A stretch of 32,656 nucleotides of DNA from a virus (IMGVR_UViG_3300016644_000021:1-32656); one strand, 5' to 3'; positions 9,569 through 16,979 are shown, counted from the first letter of the stretch. The notes: a model not told the origin generated them from the letters alone. Numbers and translations are program-made.

Positions 9569-10281
9569 TTCAAAGCCAGCATCACTACAACCGCTATACG
9601 CAATTCATCAACTCCCTGCGTGGGCAGTCCGTGGATGGCTATGCCGAGGTGCATCACATTGTGCCTCGCAGCCTTGGCGGTTCAGATGATGCTGACAACC
9701 TGATTCGGCTGACAGCCCGTCAACATTACATTGCCCACTGGATGCTGGCCCGTGCGATTGGTGGCTCTGCTGCCCGTGCATTCTTCATGATGAGCAACTT
9801 TGGCAAGTACGGTCATGTTAACTCCACGACTTACGCCATCGCCCGTCAAGAGTATGCCGAGCAGGTGAGCCATCAAATGCGGCTTTGTCCTAATGTGCCA
9901 ATGTTTACAGACGCACATCGAGACAAACTTCGTCAAGCAAAGCTGGGCCGAAAGATGTCCGATGAAACACGGCGCAAAGTTGGAGAAGCGCAGCGCGGAA
10001 GAAAACTATCTGAAGAAACTCGCAAACGCATTTCCGACTCAAAGCGAGGTCGAGGCAACGGTCGCCGTGGTTCTGCAATGTCCAATCAAACCAAGCAACG
10101 TATTGGTGATGCACAGCGCGGCGCACTCAACCACATGGCTGGCCGTAAGCACAGTCCAGAAACCAGAGAAAAAATGAGGATTGCACACATGAAGCGCAAA
10201 CAAAATCAGGCCTATCTGGCTTGGCTGGCAGAAGGAAATCAGCCGCTGCCTGCGGACGAGCCAAGTACACATTCCAATTGA
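9565..10281 (+). mobile_element. Free-standing HNH homing endonuclease with NUMOD3 DNA-binding repeats
   Basis: EVHHIVPRSLGGSDDADNLIRLTARQHYIAH is an HNH motif, followed by four NUMOD3-like repeats (GRKMSDETRRKV, GRKLSEETRKRIS, AMSNQTKQRIG, GRKHSPETREKM). ATGA overlap with the upstream gene. Confidence 0.9.
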
Positions 10282-10307
10282 GCCTGTTGGCAGAAAGACC
10301 ATGACCC

Positions 10308-10517
10308 GTGGAGCCAAATGAAATCGACCCCGTAAGGTATGGCGTGCTGTGGGAGCGCGTCCAGAACATGGACAAGAAGATTGACAAGATGGAACAGCAG
10401 ATCAGCGAGCTGCTTGAACTGGCCAACAAAAGCAAGGGCGGCTTCTGGATGGGCATGACCATCGCGTCGGCAGCTGGTGGTTTCATTGGCTGGCTGACCA
10501 GTCACTGGAAAAACTGA
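10308..10517 (+). CDS. Small membrane protein of the lysis cassette (holin/antiholin-like; coiled coil plus C-terminal TM)
   Basis: Coiled coil (VQNMDKKIDKMEQQISELL) followed by hydrophobic GGFWMGMTIASAAGGFIGW. Overlaps the endolysin start. Confidence 0.6.
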   Translation: MEPNEIDPVRYGVLWERVQNMDKKIDKMEQQISELLELANKSKGGFWMGMTIASAAGGFIGWLTSHWKN

Positions 10518-11020
10518 TGGCCGACTTCGCCACAGCTTATGAGGCCATGATCCGCAACGAGGGCGGCTATGTGCTGCACAGCGTGTCGGGTGACCGGGGC
10601 GGCATGACTTACGCTGGCATCGCCCGCAACATGAATCCCCAATGGCCAGGCTGGCAGATCATCGACAACGGCGATCAGGTGCCCGCCCAACTGGTCAGGG
10701 ACTTTTACCTGGCCAATTACTGGAACACCATCCGTGGCGACCAGATCGGGAGCCAGGCCATCGCACAGGCCATCTTCGACTTCCATGTCAACGCTGGCGC
10801 AGTGGCCCGCAAGCTCGCGCAGCTGGTGGTCGGCGCAACGCCTGACGGTGTGATCGGCGACAAGACCGTGGCCGCGCTCAACGCCTATCCCGAAGACAAG
10901 TTTGTGATGGCGTATGCGCTGGCCAAGATCGCCCGGTATAGGGACATCGTGACCCGCGACCGCACACAGCAAAAGTTCCTGCTGGGTTGGATCAACAGGA
11001 CGCTGGAGGGCGTGGCATGA
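10517..11020 (+). CDS. Endolysin, glycoside hydrolase family 108 with peptidoglycan-binding domain
   Basis: Catalytic EGGY motif, DRGG.TYAGI, FDFHVNAG, DGVIG..T and C-terminal FLLGWINR. Confidence 0.93.
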   Translation: MADFATAYEAMIRNEGGYVLHSVSGDRGGMTYAGIARNMNPQWPGWQIIDNGDQVPAQLVRDFYLANYWNTIRGDQIGSQAIAQAIFDFHVNAGAVARKLAQLVVGATPDGVIGDKTVAALNAYPEDKFVMAYALAKIARYRDIVTRDRTQQKFLLGWINRTLEGVA

Positions 11021-11430
11021 ATCTGCTCGGCATTGGCAGCGTCATTGAGTCGGTCGGCAAGGTTGCTGGCGACCTGATCACCACGGACAAGGAGCGCATG
11101 CAGCTGGAGCTTGAGGGCCGCAAGCTCGACCAGGCTGGCGACATGGCGCAGATTGAAGTCAACAAGGTGGAGGCAGCGCACGCCAGCGTCTTCGTTGCTG
11201 GGTGGCGTCCGGCCATCGGCTGGATCGGTGCAGCCGCCCTCGCCTATCAGTTCCTGCTGTACCCGCTGCTGCTGTGGGTGTGGACATGGCTGCAGGGCAT
11301 GGGCTGGATTCCCAGCAACCTGCAGCCACCGCCAGTGCTGAAGGCAGACGAGCTGTGGGTGATTCTCAGCGGCATCCTGGGCATTGCCGGGATGCGCTCA
11401 TTTGAGAAGACAAAGGGCGTGGCCCGCTGA
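11017..11430 (+). CDS. Holin, 3TM (GTA-holin / DUF3154-like)
   Basis: ATGA overlap with the endolysin stop. Signature Q.EVNKVEA.H.S.FVAGWRPAIGW and LGIAGMRSFEK.KG. Confidence 0.88.
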   Translation: MNLLGIGSVIESVGKVAGDLITTDKERMQLELEGRKLDQAGDMAQIEVNKVEAAHASVFVAGWRPAIGWIGAAALAYQFLLYPLLLWVWTWLQGMGWIPSNLQPPPVLKADELWVILSGILGIAGMRSFEKTKGVAR

Positions 11431-11431
11431 T

Positions 11432-12487
11432 TTACTGAGCCGCGCCCAGGGCCTTCAGGCGCTGGCTGTACGCAGCCGTGTGCCTGACCCTCAGCACGGT
11501 GTCGATGCGCTTGAGCGTGGTCTCATTGGCCTCCTTGAACTCGCGAAGTATGGTCATGCGCTCGCGTGCTGGCCGCTTGCCTGCCTTGGCGATCTTGTCG
11601 GCCATGGCCTCATAAGCCTCACCCCATTCGTCCAGGCTGGCATGCACGCTGACGGGCTCATCCTTGCCAGGCACCAGCAGCGCAAAGCCAACCGCGGCCA
11701 CCGGCTCTGGCTGTTGCTCTGTCGCGACAGGCTCTGTCTCCGGCGTGACAGTGACCTCTGGAATGTCCACGACTTCCAGGCCTTCGGCGGTCGCTTCTGC
11801 CACCAGTGCGTTGACGGCCTCGGCCTCCTGGTCGGCAGCGAAGGCGGCCTCAATAACGGCTGGCTCGCTGGTCACTGCCGGGATCTCCGGGGGTGCGATC
11901 ACGTCCAGCGGGTTGCGTGGCGTGATGTCCTTGGCCTGGCGTGGCTTGGCTTCGTCCGGGTAGTCCTGGGCTTCCTCGGCGGTGATCAGGCCCTTGAGCA
12001 CGTCAGGGAAGGCATCGCGCAGCGCAAAGCCGCGGGCACGCATGGCCAACATGCGCTTGGGATATGCCTGCCATGGGCCCTGCTTGCCCCACAGGCCAGC
12101 TCGCTTTGCGTCCTCCACCGAGAACTTGGAGACCACAGGCTTGCGGCCCTTGCGCTTGGCCACACAGACGGCCACCGGGTTGGGTGTGCCCTCGCCCTCA
12201 AAGTATTCCTCGACGTCCTCGCAGACCGGGCTGGCCTGCACCAGGGCCATGGCTGCGTCGCCGTACACGCTGGGCTTGCCGTTGATCACGGCGATGTTCT
12301 GCAGCGCCTGCATGGGGGCCAGGCCAATCTCATAGCCCCATTGCACGCAGACCATGATGTCCTGCGGCTTGCCTTGGTAGGCGCGTGGGACCATCTGGCT
12401 GCTGGCCAGCATCTCGCTGAACTGGATGGCCTCGGTGATGGTGGCCGGGGCAAAGCCGCGGCGGTCAGTGGTTGTCAGTGCTGTCAT
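11432..12487 (-). CDS. recT: RecT-family single-strand annealing recombinase
   Basis: LASSQMVPRAYQGKP...GYEIGLAPMQALQNIAVINGKPSVYGD...W..YPKRML..RA..FALRDAFPDVLKG. Lies just downstream of a YqaJ exonuclease. Confidence 0.85.
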   Translation of the reverse strand: MTALTTTDRRGFAPATITEAIQFSEMLASSQMVPRAYQGKPQDIMVCVQWGYEIGLAPMQALQNIAVINGKPSVYGDAAMALVQASPVCEDVEEYFEGEGTPNPVAVCVAKRKGRKPVVSKFSVEDAKRAGLWGKQGPWQAYPKRMLAMRARGFALRDAFPDVLKGLITAEEAQDYPDEAKPRQAKDITPRNPLDVIAPPEIPAVTSEPAVIEAAFAADQEAEAVNALVAEATAEGLEVVDIPEVTVTPETEPVATEQQPEPVAAVGFALLVPGKDEPVSVHASLDEWGEAYEAMADKIAKAGKRPARERMTILREFKEANETTLKRIDTVLRVRHTAAYSQRLKALGAAQ

Positions 12488-12650
12488 GATTTTCCTCGAC
12501 GTAGGTTTTCAGGGTGGTGATGATGAGCTCGGCCATGGCGTCCACGAACGCCTCGGCCTCATGTTCCTCGGCGGTCGGGCAGGCATTCAGAAACGCCACG
12601 ACGGCGGCCTCATAAAACGGGGCGATGGTAGGGTGGTCGATCATGTTCAT
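12465..12650 (-). CDS. Hypothetical protein (61 aa, acidic)
   Basis: ATG at 12650 overlaps the YqaJ stop (ATGA) and the ORF fills the operon gap. Confidence 0.6.
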   Translation of the reverse strand: MNMIDHPTIAPFYEAAVVAFLNACPTAEEHEAEAFVDAMAELIITTLKTYVEENHDSTDNH

Positions 12651-13600
12651 TGCAGCTCTTTCACAGACAGCGTGGACTGGCGCACGCTGTACGCTTCTTT
12701 GGCCGCGACCATGCGCGCAGGCTTGGCTGCATAGTGGCGCATCGGCCACTTGACCAGCACGTTGCCAACACGGCCAAGCTCGGCCTGTCCCAACATTTTT
12801 TTCAGCTTTTTTTCAGCTTTTTCGATACTGGACTCGGCCTCACGGATGTCAGCCTGTGCCTGCAGGATGACGCCCACCCACTGCTCGGCCTCGGGCAGCA
12901 GCTCGACTTCCTGTTTCTCGGCGGCCACAGGGAACATGCGGTCCATGTCCTTGCTGCTGGCTGGTGGGTACCACTCGATGCCACCCGTCTGGCGGTAGGT
13001 CTCAAGCCTGGCGTCGAAGTCCTTGACCGCCTTGACGATGGCGTCCTGGGTCTGCGAGTGCGGAGCGAACAGGAACACGCGCATCTCAATGCCCTGGTAA
13101 AGCACGCAAACCGCGCCCCATTTGTGGCCGGTGACCAGCATCTGGCCCTGCAGTTGGATGGGGCCGCGCGCCAGGTGCGGCGTCTCTTCGGGCATGGTCT
13201 TCGTGAGCTTGGCCTCCAGCACTCCAGGGCCGTCGAGCTTGATGCTGTCCTGGCCCACCACAAAGATGCCCTTGTCGGGGTCTGTGGTGATCTCCAGGCC
13301 GTTGCCGTACCCGATGCCGTCCAGGCTGCACTGCAGCGCGATGGTGCGGCTTTTGTAGGGCTCGGTGATGTCGAACTTGCCCTCGATGCCCAGGCGCTGG
13401 CAGGCTTCGGCCAGGATCACCGGCTCCAGGGTGTTGCCCCAGGCCATGGCTTCGTTGCCGATGTCGGGGCGCTCCTTGCCGTCGATCGCGTTGATGCTGA
13501 ACTGCAGCTCATCATTGGGCGTGCTGTATTTGCTGAACCCCATGAGGCCCGGCAGGCGGGATGCGGACATCTCGCGGTCGTCTGTCAATTTTCCAGCCAT
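12647..13600 (-). CDS. YqaJ / lambda-exonuclease-like viral recombinase nuclease
   Basis: Start ATG 13600 with AAGGAG RBS. PD-(D/E)XK-type motifs SASRLPGLMG.SKY.TP, WGNTLEPVI, CSLDG, LEAK and QLQGQM. Paired with RecT. Confidence 0.88.
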   Translation of the reverse strand: MAGKLTDDREMSASRLPGLMGFSKYSTPNDELQFSINAIDGKERPDIGNEAMAWGNTLEPVILAEACQRLGIEGKFDITEPYKSRTIALQCSLDGIGYGNGLEITTDPDKGIFVVGQDSIKLDGPGVLEAKLTKTMPEETPHLARGPIQLQGQMLVTGHKWGAVCVLYQGIEMRVFLFAPHSQTQDAIVKAVKDFDARLETYRQTGGIEWYPPASSKDMDRMFPVAAEKQEVELLPEAEQWVGVILQAQADIREAESSIEKAEKKLKKMLGQAELGRVGNVLVKWPMRHYAAKPARMVAAKEAYSVRQSTLSVKELQ

Positions 13601-13794
13601 GATTTCTCCTTCAGTTGATATTGGGCGATGTGCTTGCCGTTGACCTCGATGGTCTCGGTCTCGATGTGGTGGCCCTGCTGGCGCAGGTCGGCGATGCGGG
13701 CGGCCAGGCGAAAGCAGCCAGCCTGCTGCAGCGCATCCATGGCGGTGACCGGGCCGCGCTTGAGCATGTCGAGGATCTGGGTGGTCTGGCTCAT
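13585..13794 (-). CDS. Small winged helix-turn-helix protein (HTH_39-like)
   Basis: MSQTTQILDMLKRGPVTAMDAL...GCFRLAARIADLR..GH.I.T matches the family pattern. Confidence 0.8.
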   Translation of the reverse strand: MSQTTQILDMLKRGPVTAMDALQQAGCFRLAARIADLRQQGHHIETETIEVNGKHIAQYQLKEKSWLEN

Positions 13795-13964
13795 GCTGGC
13801 ACTCCCATGGGATTGAGGCGCATCTTGGCCTCTTCCTGGGCCTGGCGGCATGGCGGCTGCCAGCCATGGCGCAGCCAGGTTTTGGTGATGTCTGTGGCTG
13901 CAGCCGGGGTGTATGGTCTGCCCTGCAGCAGCGGGTGTGTGGGGACGGTGCGGCGTGCGTTCAT
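13791..13964 (-). CDS. Hypothetical protein (57 aa)
   Basis: MNARR...YTPAAATDITKTWLRHGWQPP. GGAGG RBS and ATGA overlap with the next gene. Confidence 0.65.
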   Translation of the reverse strand: MNARRTVPTHPLLQGRPYTPAAATDITKTWLRHGWQPPCRQAQEEAKMRLNPMGVPA

Positions 13965-13966
13965 GA

Positions 13967-14050
13967 TCAGCCCCTCCATGCCAGCAACACGCCCCAGAAG
14001 GCAAACAGGGCGCAGCACACGACTGCCTCGGCGATTTCCTTGATGCTCAT
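13967..14050 (-). CDS. 27-aa hydrophobic membrane peptide
   Basis: MSIKEIAEAVVCCALFAFWGVLLAWRG. GGAG RBS upstream; exactly fills the gap between its neighbours. Not in the ORF track. Confidence 0.6.
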   Translation of the reverse strand: MSIKEIAEAVVCCALFAFWGVLLAWRG

Positions 14051-14051
14051 C

Positions 14052-14222
14052 TCATTCTCCAAACTTTTGTGCTGCCATCTCTTGTGCCCTGGCAGCGTGG
14101 GCAATCAGTTCCTGGCGCTTGGCCGCGTTTCGCTCGGCCTGGCTCATGCGCCAGTGGCCGATCAGTGGCAGGCACAGCTGGCCAACCACGCAGAGCACAA
14201 CAAAGACAAGCAGCCAGTCCAT
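14052..14222 (-). CDS. Small membrane protein (56 aa)
   Basis: MDWLLVFVVLCVVGQLCLPLIG is an N-terminal TM segment. Starts 1 nt after the recombinase stop. Confidence 0.6.
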   Translation of the reverse strand: MDWLLVFVVLCVVGQLCLPLIGHWRMSQAERNAAKRQELIAHAARAQEMAAQKFGE

Positions 14223-14223
14223 G

Positions 14224-14871
14224 TCAGATCCGCTTGAGCAGGTTGCTAACCTGGCTGGCATGCCAGACGCAGCCCCCGCGGGGTGTCTCAATGCCGCGGG
14301 CCTGCAGCACCTCGGCGATGTCGCGCAGGGTATTTGCCCCGGTCTTGGCGATGATCTCGCGCACCACCGGGCCGACGCGCTCGGCATACCGGTCGGCCTT
14401 GGCCTGCAGTTTGGCGATGCCAGCAGCACTGCCCAGCTCGGGCGTCGGGCTGCCCAGCTTGCGACCCTGGGCCTTGACCTGGGCCAGCGCAGCCTTCGTG
14501 CGCTCGCTGATCTTGCGCGCCTCCCACTCAGCGAAGACGGCCATCATCTGCAGGAAGGTGCGGTCAGCCTCGGGCATGTCGGCACAGACGAAGGGCACAT
14601 TGGACTCCAGCAGGCCGCTGATGAAGTGGACGTTACGGGCCAGGCGGTCGAGCTTGGCGATCACCAGGGTGGCCTTTGTACGCTTGGCCAGGCTCAGGGC
14701 GTGAGCCAGCTGCTCGCGGTCATTCTTGCGGCCAGACTCGACCTCGGTGAACTCAGCGACCAGCTCGGCCTGGCCAATGTGGCGGGAGACTGCCTCGCGC
14801 TGGGCGTCCAGCCCCAGGCCAGACTGGCCCTGGCGGTCGGTGGAGACGCGGTAATAGGCGACGAATTTCAT
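14224..14871 (-). CDS. Small serine recombinase (resolvase/invertase catalytic domain plus short DNA-binding domain)
   Basis: MKFVAYYRVSTDRQ (catalytic Ser), E.ESG, LVIAKLDRLARN and E...ISERTKAAL...K..G.KLG. GAGGG RBS favours the start at 14871. Confidence 0.92.
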   Translation of the reverse strand: MKFVAYYRVSTDRQGQSGLGLDAQREAVSRHIGQAELVAEFTEVESGRKNDREQLAHALSLAKRTKATLVIAKLDRLARNVHFISGLLESNVPFVCADMPEADRTFLQMMAVFAEWEARKISERTKAALAQVKAQGRKLGSPTPELGSAAGIAKLQAKADRYAERVGPVVREIIAKTGANTLRDIAEVLQARGIETPRGGCVWHASQVSNLLKRI

Positions 14872-14881
14872 GGCCATCCCC

Positions 14882-15109
14882 TCAAGTTCCAGCCGTGCCC
14901 CAGGCGGGCATGTCCATGGTGAGCTCGATGGCTGTCCAGCACATCTCATGGCGCTCGATCTCGCCAGCCATGTGGCGCTTGTAGTCCTCCAGGGCCTCAG
15001 AAAGGGCCACGACTCGGCCACAGTTCCAGGCGCTGGGGTCGGCCTTGGCATAGCCCTGGAACATGGCCAGATTGTTCTGGATGGTCTGCAGGTTGCGGGC
15101 GTGGTTCAT
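14882..15109 (-). CDS. Hypothetical early protein (75 aa)
   Basis: ATG at 15109 with GGAGG RBS; packed in the operon. Confidence 0.6.
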   Translation of the reverse strand: MNHARNLQTIQNNLAMFQGYAKADPSAWNCGRVVALSEALEDYKRHMAGEIERHEMCWTAIELTMDMPAWGTAGT

Positions 15110-15110
15110 G

Positions 15111-15257
15111 TCAGGCCTCCACGATGCGGGTGGCGACCAGGCGGCCAAAGCAGTCATGCACCCAGGCGGTGTCGCTGCACTTGGAGAGCCATGCCAGGGC
15201 CTCAGTGCGGGACCAGGCTCGCTGACGGGTGCCGTATGTGTCAGTGATGAGGTACAT
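15111..15257 (-). CDS. Hypothetical early protein (48 aa)
   Basis: MYLITDTYGTRQRAWSRTEALAWLSKCSDTAWVHDCFGRLVATRIVEA. GGAGG RBS; fills the gap. Not in the ORF track. Confidence 0.6.
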   Translation of the reverse strand: MYLITDTYGTRQRAWSRTEALAWLSKCSDTAWVHDCFGRLVATRIVEA

Positions 15258-15259
15258 GA

Positions 15260-15505
15260 TCAAGCCTCCATCACAGCGCTAATGATGGCCTTCATCTCTG
15301 CCGACTTGTAGCCAGCCAGAGCTTCGTCAAAGGTGCGGAAGTAACGGCCACTGGCCTTCCAGGCCCTGTGTGATGCGTTCTTGCAGCAGACGTTGATGTA
15401 GCCAGCGTTGCTGATGTAGACGTGGGCAGATGTCTTGCCGCAGTCAACCTCGAAATACTTGCCAGCGTCTGTGGTGCCGGTGCTGGTGATGATGGTGGTG
15501 GTCAT
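15260..15505 (-). CDS. Hypothetical protein, first gene of the leftward early operon (81 aa)
   Basis: ATG at 15505 preceded by AAGGAG, downstream of a sigma70-like promoter. Confidence 0.7.
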   Translation of the reverse strand: MTTTIITSTGTTDAGKYFEVDCGKTSAHVYISNAGYINVCCKNASHRAWKASGRYFRTFDEALAGYKSAEMKAIISAVMEA

Positions 15506-15549
15506 GTTTGCAACTCCTTGCGCTTCATCTGCGCGTTGAACATGGCTCC

Positions 15550-15580
15550 ATTGTAACAAGGTTTTGATATCACCCAACAA
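15550..15580 (-). promoter_or_regulatory. Leftward sigma70-type promoter (extended -10 TGT-TACAAT) with TGATATCA palindrome in the spacer
   Basis: Minus strand reads TTGTTGGGTGATATCAAAACCTTGTTACAAT, in an AT-rich divergent intergenic region. Confidence 0.6.
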
Positions 15581-15601
15581 GCCCACAAACACACAAAAAC
15601 A

Positions 15602-15616
15602 TAGGTACTTTCCCTA
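15602..15616. promoter_or_regulatory. Inverted-repeat site TAGG-N7-CCTA (putative regulator binding site)
   Basis: TAGGTACTTTCCCTA lies between the divergent promoters. Confidence 0.45.
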
Positions 15617-15643
15617 GGTTTGAAAAAATAATTGCTGGCCATC

Positions 15644-15680
15644 TGTTAACCTGATATCGGAACGACTACACTTCTGACCC
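15644..15680 (+). promoter_or_regulatory. Rightward promoter (-10 TACACT), probably giving a leaderless mRNA; TGATATC in the spacer
   Basis: TACACT at 15667-15672 ends 8 nt before ATG 15681 with no SD sequence. TGATATC at 15652-15658. Confidence 0.5.
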
Positions 15681-15872
15681 ATGGACAACAAACGCATACC
15701 CGTTCTGGCGCGGCTCCACCCGGACACCCGCCAGCTGCTGACGCGGGCAGCAGAAGACCAGAGGCGCAGCCTGTCGAGCCTCATTGACCAGTGCGTGCGC
15801 GACCAGCTGCAGCCACGCTACGGCGAGCTCAACCCTCGCCTGCAGAAGTTCCTGATGGGGGCCAAGCAGTGA
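15681..15872 (+). CDS. Ribbon-helix-helix (Arc/CopG-like) transcriptional regulator
   Basis: Beta-strand IPVLARL followed by helices HPDTRQLLTRAAEDQRR and SLSSLIDQCVRDQL. First gene of the rightward operon. Confidence 0.75.
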   Translation: MDNKRIPVLARLHPDTRQLLTRAAEDQRRSLSSLIDQCVRDQLQPRYGELNPRLQKFLMGAKQ

Positions 15873-16384
15873 GCAGACCGAGAATCACACACACCGTTGA
15901 CAGCTTGAAGGCCCGCTGCATCGAGGTTGGTGAATGCTGGGAATGGCAGGGATACATGCAGAACAACACGCCCCAGGTCATTGGCTACCCTGGCGGGCTC
16001 AAGAAGATGGTCAGCGTGCGCCGCGTGCTGCGTGAGTTGTTGACTGGTCAGTCCCAGCCTGATGGCCACTATGGCAACAGCTGTGGCAACACCCGCTGCG
16101 TTAACCCTGACCACACGCTCTACAAGAGCCAGGCGCTGCACATGCGAGCCATGGGCAAGAAGCGTAAGGTCAGCATGGTGACGGCCAACAAACTGCGCAA
16201 GTTCCGGGTCGAGGCTGGCCTGGCCAAGCTGGACGAGGAAAAGGCCCAGGAAATCCGCCTGAGTGATGAGCCAGCGCCAGTGCTGGCCGAGAAGTTTGGC
16301 GTCAGCAAGAGCTGGATCACCAAGATCAGACGGGGCAAGGCTTGGCGGGTGCTGGCCAGCCCATGGCAGGGGCTGTTTAAATGA
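15869..16384 (+). CDS. HNH-derived (degenerate) zinc-binding protein with C-terminal HTH
   Basis: GTG start overlapping the RHH stop. GECWEWQG and SCGNTRCVNPDH are HNH_3-like, and LAEKFGVSKSWITKIRRG is an HTH. Confidence 0.7.
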   Translation: MSRPRITHTVDSLKARCIEVGECWEWQGYMQNNTPQVIGYPGGLKKMVSVRRVLRELLTGQSQPDGHYGNSCGNTRCVNPDHTLYKSQALHMRAMGKKRKVSMVTANKLRKFRVEAGLAKLDEEKAQEIRLSDEPAPVLAEKFGVSKSWITKIRRGKAWRVLASPWQGLFK

Positions 16385-16557
16385 CCTACCAGGAAGCCAC
16401 CAAGCTGCTGGACATGGCCAAGGACGGCCAGCCAGTGCCCGAGGACGTGCTCAACGAGGCGCTGTTCATGACTGGCGACGGTGCCAGCTGGCGCGATCTG
16501 CCGTGCCCGGACATCGAGGCATTTGTTGAGGCCATGCGCCAGGCGGGGCTGCTGTGA
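16381..16557 (+). CDS. Hypothetical protein (58 aa)
   Basis: MTYQEATKLLDMAKDGQPVPEDVLNEALFMTGD... Overlaps both neighbours by 4 nt. Not in the ORF track. Confidence 0.7.
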   Translation: MTYQEATKLLDMAKDGQPVPEDVLNEALFMTGDGASWRDLPCPDIEAFVEAMRQAGLL

Positions 16558-16979
16558 GCGCGGCCATCTATTTCGTGGTGTACGGCGAGCCCAGGGGCAA
16601 GGGCAGGCCCAGGGCGAGCAGCCGGGGCGGCTTTGTGCGCATGTACACCCCGGCAGCGACCATGGCATACGAGGCCGAGATCGCCCGCCTGGCAGAGAAG
16701 GCCCGCGGTGACTGGCCTGTGCTGACCACGCCGATGAGCCTGCGCGTGGTGGCGCATCACGCCATCCCGCCGAGCTGGTCCAAGCGCAAGCAGCTGCAGG
16801 CGCTGGACGGTGAGCTCATCCCAGGCAAGCCGGACCTGGACAACGTGGCCAAGGCCGTGCTGGACGCCCTCAACGGCGTCATCTACGAAGACGACAAGCA
16901 GGTCATCAAGCTGGTGGCCGAGAAGAAATACAGCCTCGAGCCCAGGGTTGAGGTCTATGTGCATGAGGTTTTGAAGTGA
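16554..16979 (+). CDS. rusA: RusA-family Holliday junction resolvase
   Basis: GEPRGKGRPR, YTP..T..YE and KPDLDNVAKAVLDALNGVIYEDDKQV. Confidence 0.93.
   Translation: MSAAIYFVVYGEPRGKGRPRASSRGGFVRMYTPAATMAYEAEIARLAEKARGDWPVLTTPMSLRVVAHHAIPPSWSKRKQLQALDGELIPGKPDLDNVAKAVLDALNGVIYEDDKQVIKLVAEKKYSLEPRVEVYVHEVLK

Noticed and set aside
9455-10206. Group I intron or intein carrying the HNH endonuclease
   Set aside because: The interval is entirely coding with no room for a ribozyme core. The upstream gene has its own complete C-terminus and stop, and there are no intein terminal motifs (C/S...HN).
7500-14871. Mu Gin-type invertible tail-fibre cassette driven by the serine recombinase
   Set aside because: Both fibre genes are on the same strand, no inverted alternative fibre end or flanking inverted repeats were seen, and the recombinase is ~5 kb away in the early operon.
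12647-15051. Extended N-termini given by the ORF track for YqaJ (from 13867) and the recombinase (from 15051)
   Set aside because: The extensions overlap other plausible genes. SD-preceded internal ATGs (13600, 14871) coincide with the family N-terminal motifs.
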